64,000 bases of DNA, taken from positions 1 to 64,000 of the forward strand of contig MU058287.1 in the NCBI GenBank assembly GCA_013265495.1, given 5' to 3'. Each line of letters begins with the position of its first letter. Position 1 is the stretch's first letter. The notes beneath the pieces were generated by a model, which saw only the letters and a list, made by a program, of their open reading frames with translations, was not told where the DNA came from and ran no database searches. Positions 36,861 through 49,380 of the stretch are shown here, in pieces. The stretch is from Vicugna vicugna (lineage: Eukaryota). A program made the translations under genes and the position numbers.

Positions 36861-38557
36861 GTATTGTTTTTATGTTTATCTATCCAATTAACATATATTG
36901 CTCACCTACCATTCCCTGCTTTCTAATAACCAGTTCTTAACTTCCCAGGTAAACCCAATGCCTCATTCTACTTTAAGCATTTCTAAAGGAGATATGCCAG
37001 TATGTCCCGATGAACATACTGGGAAAGAGGGAAACAAGAGCTGCGGATAATAAAATGAGAAGATCATAATTGATGGAGTCTCTTGAAGCAATGAGAAAAT
37101 AATTTTAGGGGCAAGGTGAAGTGCTAGCTCCCCTGGTAGATCTAGAGCTTTAAAGAATCTTATGTTTATAACGCAGGTAACAGATAATTATAATTCAAAG
37201 CAATAACAAACCACTTTTGAAGGAATACTGGAAAGCCTTCATGGAGGAGGTAGAATTCAGACTGGATTTTTTTAAGTATAGACTGGGTTTCAATAAATGG
37301 AAATTGGGAAACAGGGCAGGAAGAAAGTAGCAGAATATTGCAGGGGAAGATACCCTCTTGAAAAAGGAGAGGACAAAGACCCAATTAGAGTCAAGTGTAA
37401 GCCTTGCTTGGAACTGAGGGCAGAGTGCTGGATGAAGGCAGGTTCCTGGCTGTCCTCACACGAAGCAACCTGAATGAGAGGGCGTTAAAGTCTTGGAGCA
37501 GCAAGCGGAGGGACTCCACGCTCTGCCCCAGCAACTCTCACCCTTGCCGTGACAGGCAGGATAGATTCCAGTCACCAAGGACCAATGGCAGGGAGACCAA
37601 CCTGGTTTCAACAGTCCAAACACTACGCCAGAAAGGCATCAGTCTGGTGGCTCTGCAAATACAGAAAGGAAAGGGCTTTAGAGAGACCACAAAGTGAGAG
37701 AGAGAGAGAGAGAATCTAGAAGCCAAGTAAGAAAGAAGAATCTCCGTCCTTGGACATGCTGGCTGAATATGAGCCAATTAGCCTTGCCCTACCGCAGACA
37801 CTGTGGGGATCAGGCCAGACCATCTGAAACGTCAGCAGAAGTATTTGCTTCCATCAGGAATGTGGGCACTAAGTCACCAGTGCTTGTAATAAACGCAACA
37901 CAGAGCATGGAGGCCATTGGATGGTGCTTGTGAAAGAGGTGGTTTTCTTCGAATACTTGGCTTTGATGCTGTTAGAAAGCAGAGCTAGAAAGCTAAGGTT
38001 TTACTATTTGGCCAATAAGACAACGAATCTTGCTTACATGAAGTAATAGCTGACCACCTGAATGATTTGACACAGTCCCCAACAGCTCTCTGACTGAGTA
38101 AAGCTAGGGAGCTCATACACAGGTAGGAACAGGTGCCTTGATGTAAGTTGACACTCAGAACCACAAACGAATCACTTGTTTTCTCCACTTTCTCTATGAT
38201 GGTTTCTGCACATGTGCTTCTCCACCTTTTATGACCAGATAAACATTGGCCAAGGAGAATCCAAAATAATGTATTCACTGCAGGATTCTTTTCTACATAC
38301 CTAGATGTCTGTGTGGACTTAGAAATACTTACAGAGAAAAATAAAGAATAAGCAGACTTTAGGACTCTACTGGGTGAGAAGGCTTGAAACTTGGTTTCAG
38401 TACTGATTTTAAGAAAGAGACAACTGAGAAGTCTGGCAAATTTCTGAACAAGGTAGGGACATTTAAAGTGGCATTTTAACATTTGATTATAGTTAACTGT
38501 TTAAAGTAAAAGGAGGGGAAAGACTGGAAGGATCTACAGGAGGTTGCAGGAGGAAAA

Positions 38558-38897
38558 TGTCTGTCTTGATCCATTCAGGCTGTGATAACAAACTACCAGT
38601 GATGGAGCAGCTAATAGGAAGCAGACACTGACTCACAGTTCTTGAGGCTGGCAGTCCAAGAATGGCGAGTAGGGTGAGGACCCTCTTCTGGGTCCCAGGC
38701 TTCCTGCTTCCTCGTGTGGTGGGAAGACTAGGGAGTCTGTGCCATCTCTTTCAGAAGAGCATTTCCCAGTCATGACGGTGCCACTTTCATAATCTAATCA
38801 CCTCTCAAAGTCCCCCAGCTACTGATAAGGTCACCTTTAGGGATTAATATTTCAACATAAGAATTTGGGGAGTACACAGACACTAAGGTCATGGCAC
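38558..38897. mobile_element. MaLR LTR (MLT1A-like)
   Basis: tgtcttgatccattcaggctgtgataacaaactacca; gggtgaggaccctcttctggg; ctaatcacctctcaaag; tttcaacataagaatttgggg. Confidence 0.8.
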
Positions 38898-39018
38898 TCT
38901 GTGTACACAGTACCGTTGTATCACATTAGGCAGAATTATGACCTTGTTAACTGTCCTTACTTGAAAATGAAGTATGGTTTGAGATGCCTATGGGTGCCTA
39001 GTTGACAAGAGGTGGACT

Positions 39019-39519
39019 TGTGATGCTCAGTTTTATGTGTCAACTTGACTGGGCTAAGGGATGCCCAGACTGCTGGTGGAAGAGTATTTCTGGATGTGTC
39101 TGTGAGAGTGTCCCTGGTAAAGATCAGCATATGACTCAGTAGACTGAGTACAGAGGTCCAGCTTCACCAACAGAGGGGCTGGGAGACCATCATCTCATTC
39201 ATTGGGATGGGAATGGAACAAAAAGGCAAAGGACAGGTGAAGTTCTTCTCTCTTCTTGAGCTGGGACAGCCATCTTTTCCCGCCCTTAAATCTTGGGCCT
39301 TCGGACTGTAGGACTTACAGCAACAGCCTATTTGAATTATACAACCAGCTTTCCTGGTACTTCTGCCGGCAGATGACAGACTGTGAGACTTCTCAGACTC
39401 CTTAATCACATAAGCCAGTTCCCATAATAAATCTCCTCTTCTGTCTGTCTGTCTGTCTGTCTATCTATCCATCCATCCACCCTATTGGTTCTGTTTCTCT
39501 AGAGATCCCTAAACAAACA
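39019..39519. mobile_element. ERVL LTR (MLT2B-like) with internal (TCTG/TCTA/TCCA)n
   Basis: tgtgatgctcagttttatgtgtcaacttgactgggctaagggatgcccaga...cctattggttctgtttctctagagatccct. Confidence 0.9.
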
Positions 39520-40279
39520 TCATAGCAAATAAAATGGAAAATAGATGGAGTTTTGGATTTTCTTAGTGCCTGGCAAAAGGGAAAAGAAAAAGTAGTCACA
39601 AAAGACGTTTTAGATAAGAAAGTATCATAATGTGAAGCTATGCCAAGTGTGAGAATGTAGAACTAGGCGAGAGATGTGAGTACATAAGGGCTACCACAAA
39701 AGAGCAGATTAAACAGCAAGGCCAGTAATCAGCATTAAGGCCAGTAAGTAGCATTAAGATCAACACGGGGCAACTAAATTTAGCCATGCGAAGCCAGTGG
39801 ATTTAACCAGAAGAAATCACTCTTAATCTCAAGTGGATACACAATTAAAGGATAGTCCAAAAGGAGAAAAAGATGTTAATAGACAGCAAAGGAATGATGA
39901 AATTATAGAGAGCTATACGGGGAGGGTACAGGAAGAAAACAACAAAATATGGCTGGACCTCAGGAATGTGGAGGTGAAAGAAATTTAAATTTGAAAAGCA
40001 TGAGTAAAAGCCAGAATCGGCCTGATGGTTTTAGAACTCTTGCTACTTTTCATTGCTCTACGAGGTATGAATTGTGGAGCCCCACAGCTGTGTTGAAGGT
40101 AGCATAGACGTTGGGAGAATGCATGGCTTCAGTACACTGCACCTCCGGTTCGTCATCCATCCGGGAGGAGGACAGAGCAGCGCCATGAACACAGGGGAGC
40201 AGGAGAAGCTGGGGGTGAAAGACAGATACAGTAATGGGAATAACAATTAAAGAAACAGAGGAAATAAGTGTGGGGAGGG

Positions 40280-40465
40280 AATAAACATTTATTTCCTAAT
40301 ATGAACCAGATGCTCTACATGCATTATCTCACTCAGCCTTCACCACAGCCCCGAGGAGCATGCATCCCCATGGCCCTTTTAGGATTGAAGAAACAGGAGG
40401 TGAGGTAACTTGTCCAAGGACACAGAGCTGCACGGAAGCTGAGGCTGGGTTCAGAGCCTAGGATC
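40280..40465 (-). mobile_element. MIR
   Basis: cattatctcactcagccttcaccacagccc; gaagaaacaggagg; ggtaacttgtccaaggacacagagctg. Confidence 0.8.
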
Positions 40466-43289
40466 ACAGCACTCGTCTCCTTGAGTCTGCAAACAGTGGC
40501 ACTGGGAGAAAGGAAGAAACAAAGCGAGAAACACTGAAGGTGAAAATTATTTTAAGTAGGAAAAAATCCTAGAAATCTGAGGTTAAAAACATTCTCACAA
40601 GCCATCAACGGTCAAAGTCAAGTCAAGGGTCAAAGTCATCCGGCAGTTGTGGAAAATGCCCCTGAACTATTAAGGAAACAATAAGTTATTAAGAAAACAT
40701 AATTTCTTGTGGTGAGAGGAGACTCATATAATCAACTGAGACATAGTATGAAAATTGTAAATAATGAAGAGACTGTTATATTTCCTCCAGCGTGAAAATA
40801 AGTCCAGATTGTGGCACCAGTTTAAGAATTTTATGAAAGAGACCCTCTCCCCACCCCAGAGAAGAATCATCTTTCCTCTCCCTTCCCCCGGTTCCTTCTA
40901 TCAGCCAGACCTTTCTCAGAAACTCTGATCTGGGGAAATAAAAGTGGCAGGAATTTCAGCGTTTGCTCTTGGCAGTGCTGCCTCTCCTTTAGGGCCACCC
41001 CCTACATTTCCCAGTCTATCTATCTATTATAATACATCTCCACCACAGATATCCTCGAGAAATACTTTCAACTAAAGAAAACGACTGGCTATTAGCATGA
41101 AAGTATCGCCTTCACAAGCGATTTTTTTTTTAACACCATCACTTTAACTCCATGTAGAGTAAATAAATCAATAAAATGTAAAATGTCTCTTTCCTGGACA
41201 AAACAGTTCTGAAAATTGTTTATTTCATGAGAAATGCATGACAGATGGTGTGAGTAGTGGTGAGGCATTCAAAACAGTACAAAGTTTCCTACTGTTCTGT
41301 CAGATGTTTCCACTCTCTGTTCCATCCATTAAAGGCTGACTGATTTTTCCTCCACAAACTTCAGTTTGACTTTTTAAAGATAAATCATGCTTTTGATATT
41401 CATTTGAGATTTTTCTCACACGATGGCTGGAGACCTCAATCTGAAATGGAACCTTCACGAGACACCAAACCAGTGGCTGAAAGCATCCACCGTCACAGAA
41501 ATGTCACAACACAGAGAACATGATGCTTGTCACTCAAGGAGCGTTAACTGAATTGCCAGTCATCACTGGAACGATTAAGTTCAATGTGTAGCTTGGTACA
41601 TATGTCATTTTAAAATTCGTTTAGTGAAAGAAAATTACTACTAAAATTCTAAACGTACAACCTGTCGGTAATGGATTCGTAAAAAACAACACCGCAGAAA
41701 ATTACACTCCCTCAAGGAGAGTTGTGTTGGGCTATATCTGGGTAGACGATGACTGGTGTTCTCCTTGTGGTCCTCTCCAATCCACTCCACTTTATGGCTG
41801 TGAATTGATAAACACGTGAAATTGAAGTGTTCACATGCCCACAGACGCATGTGTGTGTCTAAACACCACTTTCAACAAAATACTGTTTAAATATGATCCT
41901 ATAGGACCCAGCTGTTCCGAGTCTATTTTGTGCTTCTCCCTCATACAGTTTGCTTTGTTCATTCTCCCTTTTTGAGTCTTTTGAAGAACGATTTTGGATG
42001 GACGGGAACAATGAGCTTCTAGAAGAAAACTTTCAGAGATGTGGATAGTGATGTTTTCAGTGGGCCTTCCAGACGACAAGCATGTCATATTTTTATTCTT
42101 CCTGCTGAGTCAGATTTTTTATAGAATTTAGTGTTCAGCACATGCTGATGTGCGGTAGAAACCCGAGATTTATATCAGTCTATCAAAAAGATTGTACACT
42201 CTAAAAAAAATAGGAAGAGGAAAGATATTTAAATGAAAGACCCCAATTAAATGGCCAAAAATTTTTCAGTAAAACTATATCTGCTGAAAATTAGGAGAAC
42301 GTTTTTCAAGGTTATTCTGGAAATAAATTGACTCTACTTGGCAACCTTTACAAAATGGAAAGTACCACAGTTTCTCCTGCCAGTTTTCTTGTGTGCAACT
42401 GACCAACGCTAAATAAGAAACAAACCCCAAACTCTTTGCTTTGATTTTTTGTCTGACCAGTAAACCAACTTAACGAATTATTTTATTTTTATAAAAGAGA
42501 TTTGTGAACTAGATTGCCATCTGTAATTGTTTTTTTTTAACACAGCACTCAGTAGCATAATTGGCTAAAATTTTGTTGTTGATAGAATCCTAATGGTAAT
42601 TACAAACTGAAGAAAAAATGAAGATATTAAAATCTGAGTAATCTGATGCAGCATTTTTAAAGTAGCAGCAAAATATGTCTGCTATACAGTCCCGCTTTCT
42701 TGGTTTCTTTTCTCCAGAATTCAAATTCCTGACAAGCACAGGTTGGTACTTCAACCTGATAGACTTAAATTTCACTGGAGGATTAATGGGGAGGGAGATT
42801 GGGGGAGAGGGGGAGAGGGGGAGAGAGAGGGAAACTCGCCAGGTCAGCGTATTGCTACCTAAGTCACCTCGTCCTGATTCTCATGGGATGTTCCGAACAC
42901 CTTAGTAGAAGAAAGTGTGGTTCCTTCTTCTTCTGAGGCTAGCTAGCTTCCTTCCATGCATCCATTTAAGAACTATGTATAGAGTATTTATTTGCCAGTA
43001 ATGACAAAGTTAATGTTAGCCTTAAACAGCAATTTCATTACCAGTGGTGGATATCACCACTAAAGAATGGAATTTTTAGGTTCTGGTCCTCTGTTATGAT
43101 GTGAGGATTAAAATAAGATTCTGCTGAGATTAAGTGCTCTGCTGGAGAAAGAGAGATTGAACTATTATGAATTATCTCATGATTTTTTTTTTTGGTTAGC
43201 TATCCTAGTCAGCATGAAGATTTAGCTCAGCCACACTCCATTCCCCATTTCAGCCAGATGTTCAGCTCAGGTTGCAAAATGTCAACAAA

Positions 43290-43820
43290 CTAGCATACAG
43301 TCCTTATGCATTTTCCATTAGATCATAGCTCCCACTGCCCTTAGACTAAAACACATGCTTTTCCAGGACACGTGAAGCCGTCTATAGTCGCGCCCCACCT
43401 ATCCCACTGATTTCATGTCTACTCTGCTCCTCCATTACTCTCTAGCCACACTGCTCTTATTTATTTTCCTAGAACATTCTAAGTCACTTTTTAATTTAAT
43501 TTAATGTTTACATTTGTGCACTTGCTGTTTCCTCTGAGATGCTCTCCCTTCAGTCTTCATGGCTCAGCTCAAATGTCGTTTCCTCACAGTGACTTCTCTG
43601 GCCTTCGTAGCTGCCATTACCCTTTCTAGCTTTATTGTCTCCAAAACAGTTCTCTTTACTTGAACATTTTGCATTTGTTTGTTTGCTTGACTATTGTCTA
43701 TCTTTTCTGTTGCTAAAATGTAAAAACTATGAAAGCACGAATCTCATTTCTCTTTTTCACTGCTATGCTTCCTACGACAGTGCCTGGCACCAATTTGGTG
43801 GATAAATGATTGAATAAAAG
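43290..43820 (+). mobile_element. LINE-2 3' end
   Basis: gctcccactgcccttagactaaaac; ctcagctcaaatgtc; acagtgcctggcac...gataaatgattgaataaa. Confidence 0.8.
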
Positions 43821-44194
43821 CGTATGCAGAAGAGACCCTTGACTGAGATCCCTGTTCACAAGGCCTTCTGGTTACTAGTGTCTACTCTCCTTTTTTCATA
43901 ACCTCCCCTTTGAAGTTGCTCAGGTCTTATTTCCCCACGTTTGGAGGCTCCCATTCGCTTTACCTTCCAGTGTTTACGTCCTCCTACCTTTGTCCTTTAG
44001 CTGACTCGAATACTCCTTCTGCCCGATGCCCCTAGCTGGACCCAAAGGTACGAATTTAATTTTTTGTTGCAGCCTCTAATGCTCAAAGCAGCTGTAAGAC
44101 AATTGGAAAAAAGCCTGGATTTGAGTCCAATTCTCCCGCCACTCTGTGACCTTTGGGAAAATCGTTCAAATCATTAAACCTTTCTGAACCAGTA

Positions 44195-44830
44195 TCTTCT
44201 GAGAGGCTAGATGTGGGCTGTAAGAGAGAAAGCGAGAAGGAGACTCGCAGGTATTTGACTTGAGTAAACAGAGCTGCACTTACTGAGGTGGGGATGAGGT
44301 CTGGAACAGCAGGCTAAGAGGTGGTGGGGGTGACGAGCAGCTGTTCTGGATGTGTTCATTTCAAGCCTCCAATGAGAGCACAGCGTCAGAGGTCAGGAAG
44401 GCAGTCTAGCTCTTAGGACCACAGTCTGGGCTAGAGGTACAACTTTAGAACTACTAGTATATTTGAAGTATATTAAGGCCTCAAAACTAGATGAGATCAC
44501 TTACCTGGCACCTACAGCACAGAAAAAACAAGAGAAGTGGCCCAAAGTCTGAGGCCTGGGTATGCAAATGTTTAGAAGTGGGTGAGTTTAGAACCAACTG
44601 GCAATTGAAGGGCCAACAAGAGCAAAAAAGAATCGACGAGAATGTGAAGAAATGATAGATCCTTAGTCATTTACTTTATGCATAACAATAAATATTTACT
44701 AAGCATGTAATCAGTACAAGTTGCTTCAAGGTAACAATGAATCAGACTTGTCAAGATGATTTCAGTCTAGTAGATGGATAAATGTCTGCAAATTATTCAA
44801 ATGCAAAGTAAAGAATGGTAAGTGAGTCAC
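44195..44830 (-). mobile_element. LINE-2 fragments
   Basis: gaggctagatgtggg; gtctgggctagaggtacaacttt; gatgagatcac; ataaatatttactaagca. Confidence 0.7.
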
Positions 44831-44857
44831 AAATAACAATATAAGATTTTAAAAGTG

Positions 44858-45115
44858 TGGTGACTAAATGCAGTGTGATATCCCGGACTGGATCCTGGAA
44901 CAGAAATGCACACTAGTGGAAAAACCAGTGAAATCCAAATTAAGACTCTGCTCTAGTTCGCAGTACTGTATCTTTGTTAATTTCCTAGTTTGCACAGATG
45001 CGCTACCATTGTTTACGTGTTAACCTACAGGGATGCTGAATGAGGGCCATATAGGGATTTTCTATAATGTCTTTGCAACTTTTCTGAAAACCTAAAATCA
45101 TTTTTAAAAATTTTA
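44858..45115 (+). mobile_element. L1MC-type 3' end
   Basis: gactaaatgcagtgtgatatcccggactggatcctggaacagaaa...tctttgcaacttttctgaaaacctaaaat. Confidence 0.8.
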
Positions 45116-48069
45116 ATCAGTTTGGAGATTGAGAGGAGAAAGACCTGGGGAGAGGAAGATATGCAGGGAAAAACTTCCTGGCTTGTACGGGGTGGGCAGG
45201 ATTAACCCACAAAACTAAAGAGGAGATGCATTCTAAGCAGAAGCAAAAACTAACCAGAGAGGTCAAGCAGCAAAACTCCTCAGCTACGTGGTTCTAAGTG
45301 TAGTTCATAACAGTTTCCCTACTAGACTCACAAATGGGGGGCCAGTTACTACACCTGGGATTTTGCATCACATCCCCGAACTTCTTGTCTGTTAGACACT
45401 CAACCCAGTTCCCCCAGAGACTATCTGTCCTCACCTAGTGGATCTCATTCCCTTCCTTGGTCCTTGATGGCAGATACATAACATATTGTTACAACCACTT
45501 TGACTAAATTGTTTTGATGTGGGACTATTTTGACATCACTTGACTCCTGTTACAATTTCAATTCTAATGCTACTTAACAATGAAGAAGTCTTCCTTTCAT
45601 TCTGGTGGACTCTCCAGGATTTTTCTGGAGTTGCTGCTTAGGACTTATTGCTTTATACCTTAAAGCAAACCAATGCCTGAAGAAAGAGACAGTTCTGCAG
45701 TGGAGAAGCGCTCAGGGTCTGTATTTGCTGTGCTATTTATTACCTGCTGGTTACATAAGGTGCAACCATAGTCATCTTCTCTGACTTTTCTGAATGGTTT
45801 CCTCTCCATTGTGATGCTAGTATCTTAAGCATTGGGTTGTTGTAAACATGTCATGAAGTGAAGTAACGTAGTCCAGGGCCTGGAATAAAAGAAGTGCTTA
45901 ATAAATGCTTGATATGATTCTTAAGAAGTTTCTTCCTAAGAGCAGGGAGTGTGTCTTATTCATCTTGAAATCCCCATAACACAGTGCTTTATGCCTATCA
46001 AGATGAATTCTCAAAGGGAAAGACAAATAGGCTGCCGAGAGATCTTTCAATCACACTTGAGAACTGTCCTGTATTACTAGTCTTTAGTGTATAGGACTTG
46101 GAGTGCTTTGTGCTATGGAGATCGCAGCACTAAAGGGCTCTCACTGTATGAATTTTACATAAAGAAATTAAAGATCAAAGAGGTTAAGTGACTTGCTCAA
46201 GAGTATGCACGCTGGCTGGTGGCCACATTACTCCTGTGAGATATTTCCTGTTTCATGAAAGGTAAGTCAACATATGTTCAGTATCTGTCATGGACACTTT
46301 CAAATAAAGATTTTATTCTTATACACGACCTTGGTATTTGGATGTGAGTTCCTGTATGTCCCCAGTTTTGGCCCTGACTACTGAATTGTATTTTGATTGT
46401 TGAATGCCCTGACCTCAGAGTCATTTTAGTTTGCTATCTAATCTAATTAAGTTCATAAGGTCATGTGACAGTTCCAGATTTCTGACAGAGTCTCCTTCCC
46501 TTACCATAGCTCTTTCTTACACTCATACCTGCTTTCTCTGCTATTCGATGACCAAGAAACTCACCACGACTCCTGTCACATTCAGGTATCATTCAGGTCA
46601 AAAACATCTGCTTCTTCATTCTAGGTGAAAATTGTGCCTAATTCAGATGAGATATAATGTCATGATATGTGGTAAGTGTGACAATGTCTGCTAAAGGATC
46701 AGCAGATTTCCATAATACTTTTAATGCAAAATTGTGTGCATTCATTGTATGCTGTGCTTCTTTCCCATAATTAGAGGTGGAAATTTGTCATATATATAAT
46801 TTACCGTATCATATATATGCATATTTACCATAACTGAGTTTATTCTTATTTGTAAACATTAAAATGTATTTTAACATCTCAATATGTCAGCCATAATACT
46901 GAAATCATTGGAATGAGTGTCTTTATTTTTTTCTATCATATTTGTAAGTTAAGAATATTTTATAAGACTCTATATTTCTCTTTAGACTTAATATGAAAGA
47001 GTACTCAGAGTTGAGACAGAGTAAAAATCTGAATATGGTAGAAAGCTATCTGTATTAAGATATTTTTTAAATTGTTTTTGGTGAATTTTTATAGAACTTA
47101 AAGTCTGTCGTGTTCATCAAATTAACTATTAATACATAGCAACATAATAATTACAGACTTCCCCTTTTATCTGTAAGAAGTAGATGAATGGTTTGGTATA
47201 AAAGATGTAGAACACAGACCTCTCCTTTCCATGGCAGCAGAGTGACGCTGCATACCCAAGTTCCTCCATTGGACCAAGGTAGAACTTGTTTGTTACTACC
47301 TCCTCCTTCCTCCAGAAGAATTATGCTTTTGTCAATGAATTCATTACGAACATTTATTTTATGCTGGTTAATATTCTGTTTGTCTAGTACTGTGCTTTTG
47401 TTTAGACCCCTGGGTCCTCATATGGATGGTAGAGTGGATGGGTGAATAGAGATTTTTATTGAAATTGGAGCCTGTCTAAGTTTCCTGAGAATGCCCTTTA
47501 TTCCTCTTCTGCATAATCATTTTATTCTTTGACCTGTGGGCAGCTGAAGAAGAAATAAGTAAATAGAGTAAGAAAATATTTTTTAAACCAGTGTTTTTAA
47601 CTAGATGAATGTCTTCCAGTGATTCATACCATCTATACTTGGTATCCCAAAATACTATAATTTCAAAAGAATTGCCCTATTGTAATTTTTTTTGTAATTT
47701 GCCTATATGCAATCACCTACTTAATCTTTTGTTCCTATAATGATAAGGGAAAAGTTCCTTAAATTCCACATTTTCCACAAAGATTTCCTTGACAAAACTG
47801 ACTCTTTAAAAGAAGACACCTTTCAATAAGGCAACCAATTAAATTGGTCAAGACTCAGGGAAGAACTCCCTACTCTGAGTGACTCCTACTTTTCCTTTCT
47901 CTACACATTTTGTTGTTCTTCCACAAACCCATTCCCCAAACTAGGAAGGTTTGCCAGGAGAGGAGCTGATTCTGTTCTGTCTAGTATAAATTTATAGTGA
48001 GCAAATTCCTTCTAGTTTCACTCTATGAAAGCAATTCCATGTCTCCTCATTAAGGTGTTTCATATTAAT

Positions 48070-48428
48070 CCCCTCACTCACTGATTCATTTATTTTTCCA
48101 GCACTTCTTTATTATATGACTAGAATGTGTCAACTACAATATTATAATTTAGAGATAAAATTATGAATAGGAGAAATTCACAGTCTTCATAAACCAATTT
48201 ATAAACCATAAAAACAGATTTAAAAATACTCAAAATACACTATGATAAATAAAAGTCCTAACTGTATAGAAGCACAGAGGAAGAAGTAAGAAACTATATC
48301 TGAGTGAACCAGGAAAAGTTTCCCAGAGAAGCTGGGTCATAAAAACTGTGTAGGTGCTCATCGGGTGGCGAGAATGATCATGGGCACATAGCAGGCAGTA
48401 GAGGAGTGGCAGAGCAGGCAAGTCAAAG
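48070..48428 (-). mobile_element. LINE-2 fragment (host of the L1 to its right)
   Basis: cactcactgattcatttatttttccagcac; ctatgataaataaaag; gaagcacagaggaag. Confidence 0.6.
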
Positions 48429-48440
48429 GAAGAATCTAGG

Positions 48441-49380
48441 CATTTGTCCGAAGAAAACATACAAATGACCAATTGATATACAAAGAGATGCTCAACATCA
48501 CTAATATCACTAATAAAGAGGGAAATGCAAATCAAAACTACAATGAGATATCATCTCACACATTAGAATGGCTATTATCAAAAACATAAGAAAAACAAGT
48601 GTTGGTGAGGATGTGGAGGAAAGGGAACACTTGTGCAATGTTGGTGAGAAAAAAATTGGTACAGCCGTTATGGTTTCCCAGTAAGAAGGTCCCTCAAAAG
48701 TTAAAAATAGACCTACCATATGATCCAGCAACCTCACTTCTGGGTCTATATCTGAAGGAAATAAAAACGACCTGCACTCCCAGGTTCATTGCAGCATTGT
48801 TCACAAAGCCAAGACATGAACACAAACCTAAGTGTCAATCAGTGGATGAGTGGATAAGGAAGTTGTGGTATATATACAATGGGATATTATTCAGCCATAA
48901 AAAGGAGATCCTGCCATTGGTGACAACATGGATGGAACCTGAGAACATTATGCTAAGTGAAATCAGAGAAAGTCAAAAACTGTATGTTCTCACTTATATG
49001 TGGAATCTAAAAAAGCTGAAATAATAGAAATAGAGAGTAGAATGGTGGTTGCTAGGGGCCAGGGGTGGGGAAAGTGGGGAGATGTTGGTCAAAGGGTGCA
49101 AACTTCCAGCTGTAAGACGAGTAAGTTCTGGGGACCTAATACACAGTGTGGTGACTATAATTAAATACTGTATTGTATACTGGAAAGTTATTAAGAGACG
49201 AGACCTTAAATATTATCACCACCAAGAAGGTTATCATGTGAGGGAATGGAGGTCTTAACTGACCTTATTGCTGTAATCATTTTGTAACATATACATGCAT
49301 CAAGTCATCACATTGTACATCTTAAACTTACATATGTTGTATGTTAGTAATATCTCCATAAGGCTGGGGAAAAAACGAGA
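48441..49380 (+). mobile_element. 5'-truncated L1 (L1MA-type): ORF2 C-terminus and 3'UTR
   Basis: ORF 48599-49024 includes KLKIDLPYDPATSLLGLY...FIAALFT...PKC..VDEWIRKLWYIY; candidate TSD gaagaatctagg (48429-48440) / gaagagtctagg (49381-49392). Confidence 0.9.

Noticed and set aside
37985..38482. 165-aa minus-strand ORF
   Set aside because: No recognisable similarity or supporting exon structure; treated as chance. BLASTP/PhyloCSF would settle it.
4610..46680. Isolated G|GTAAGT donor matches (e.g. ~4616, 6448, 20391, 46262, 46672)
   Set aside because: Expected by chance at this length; no paired acceptors with credible coding frames were identified.
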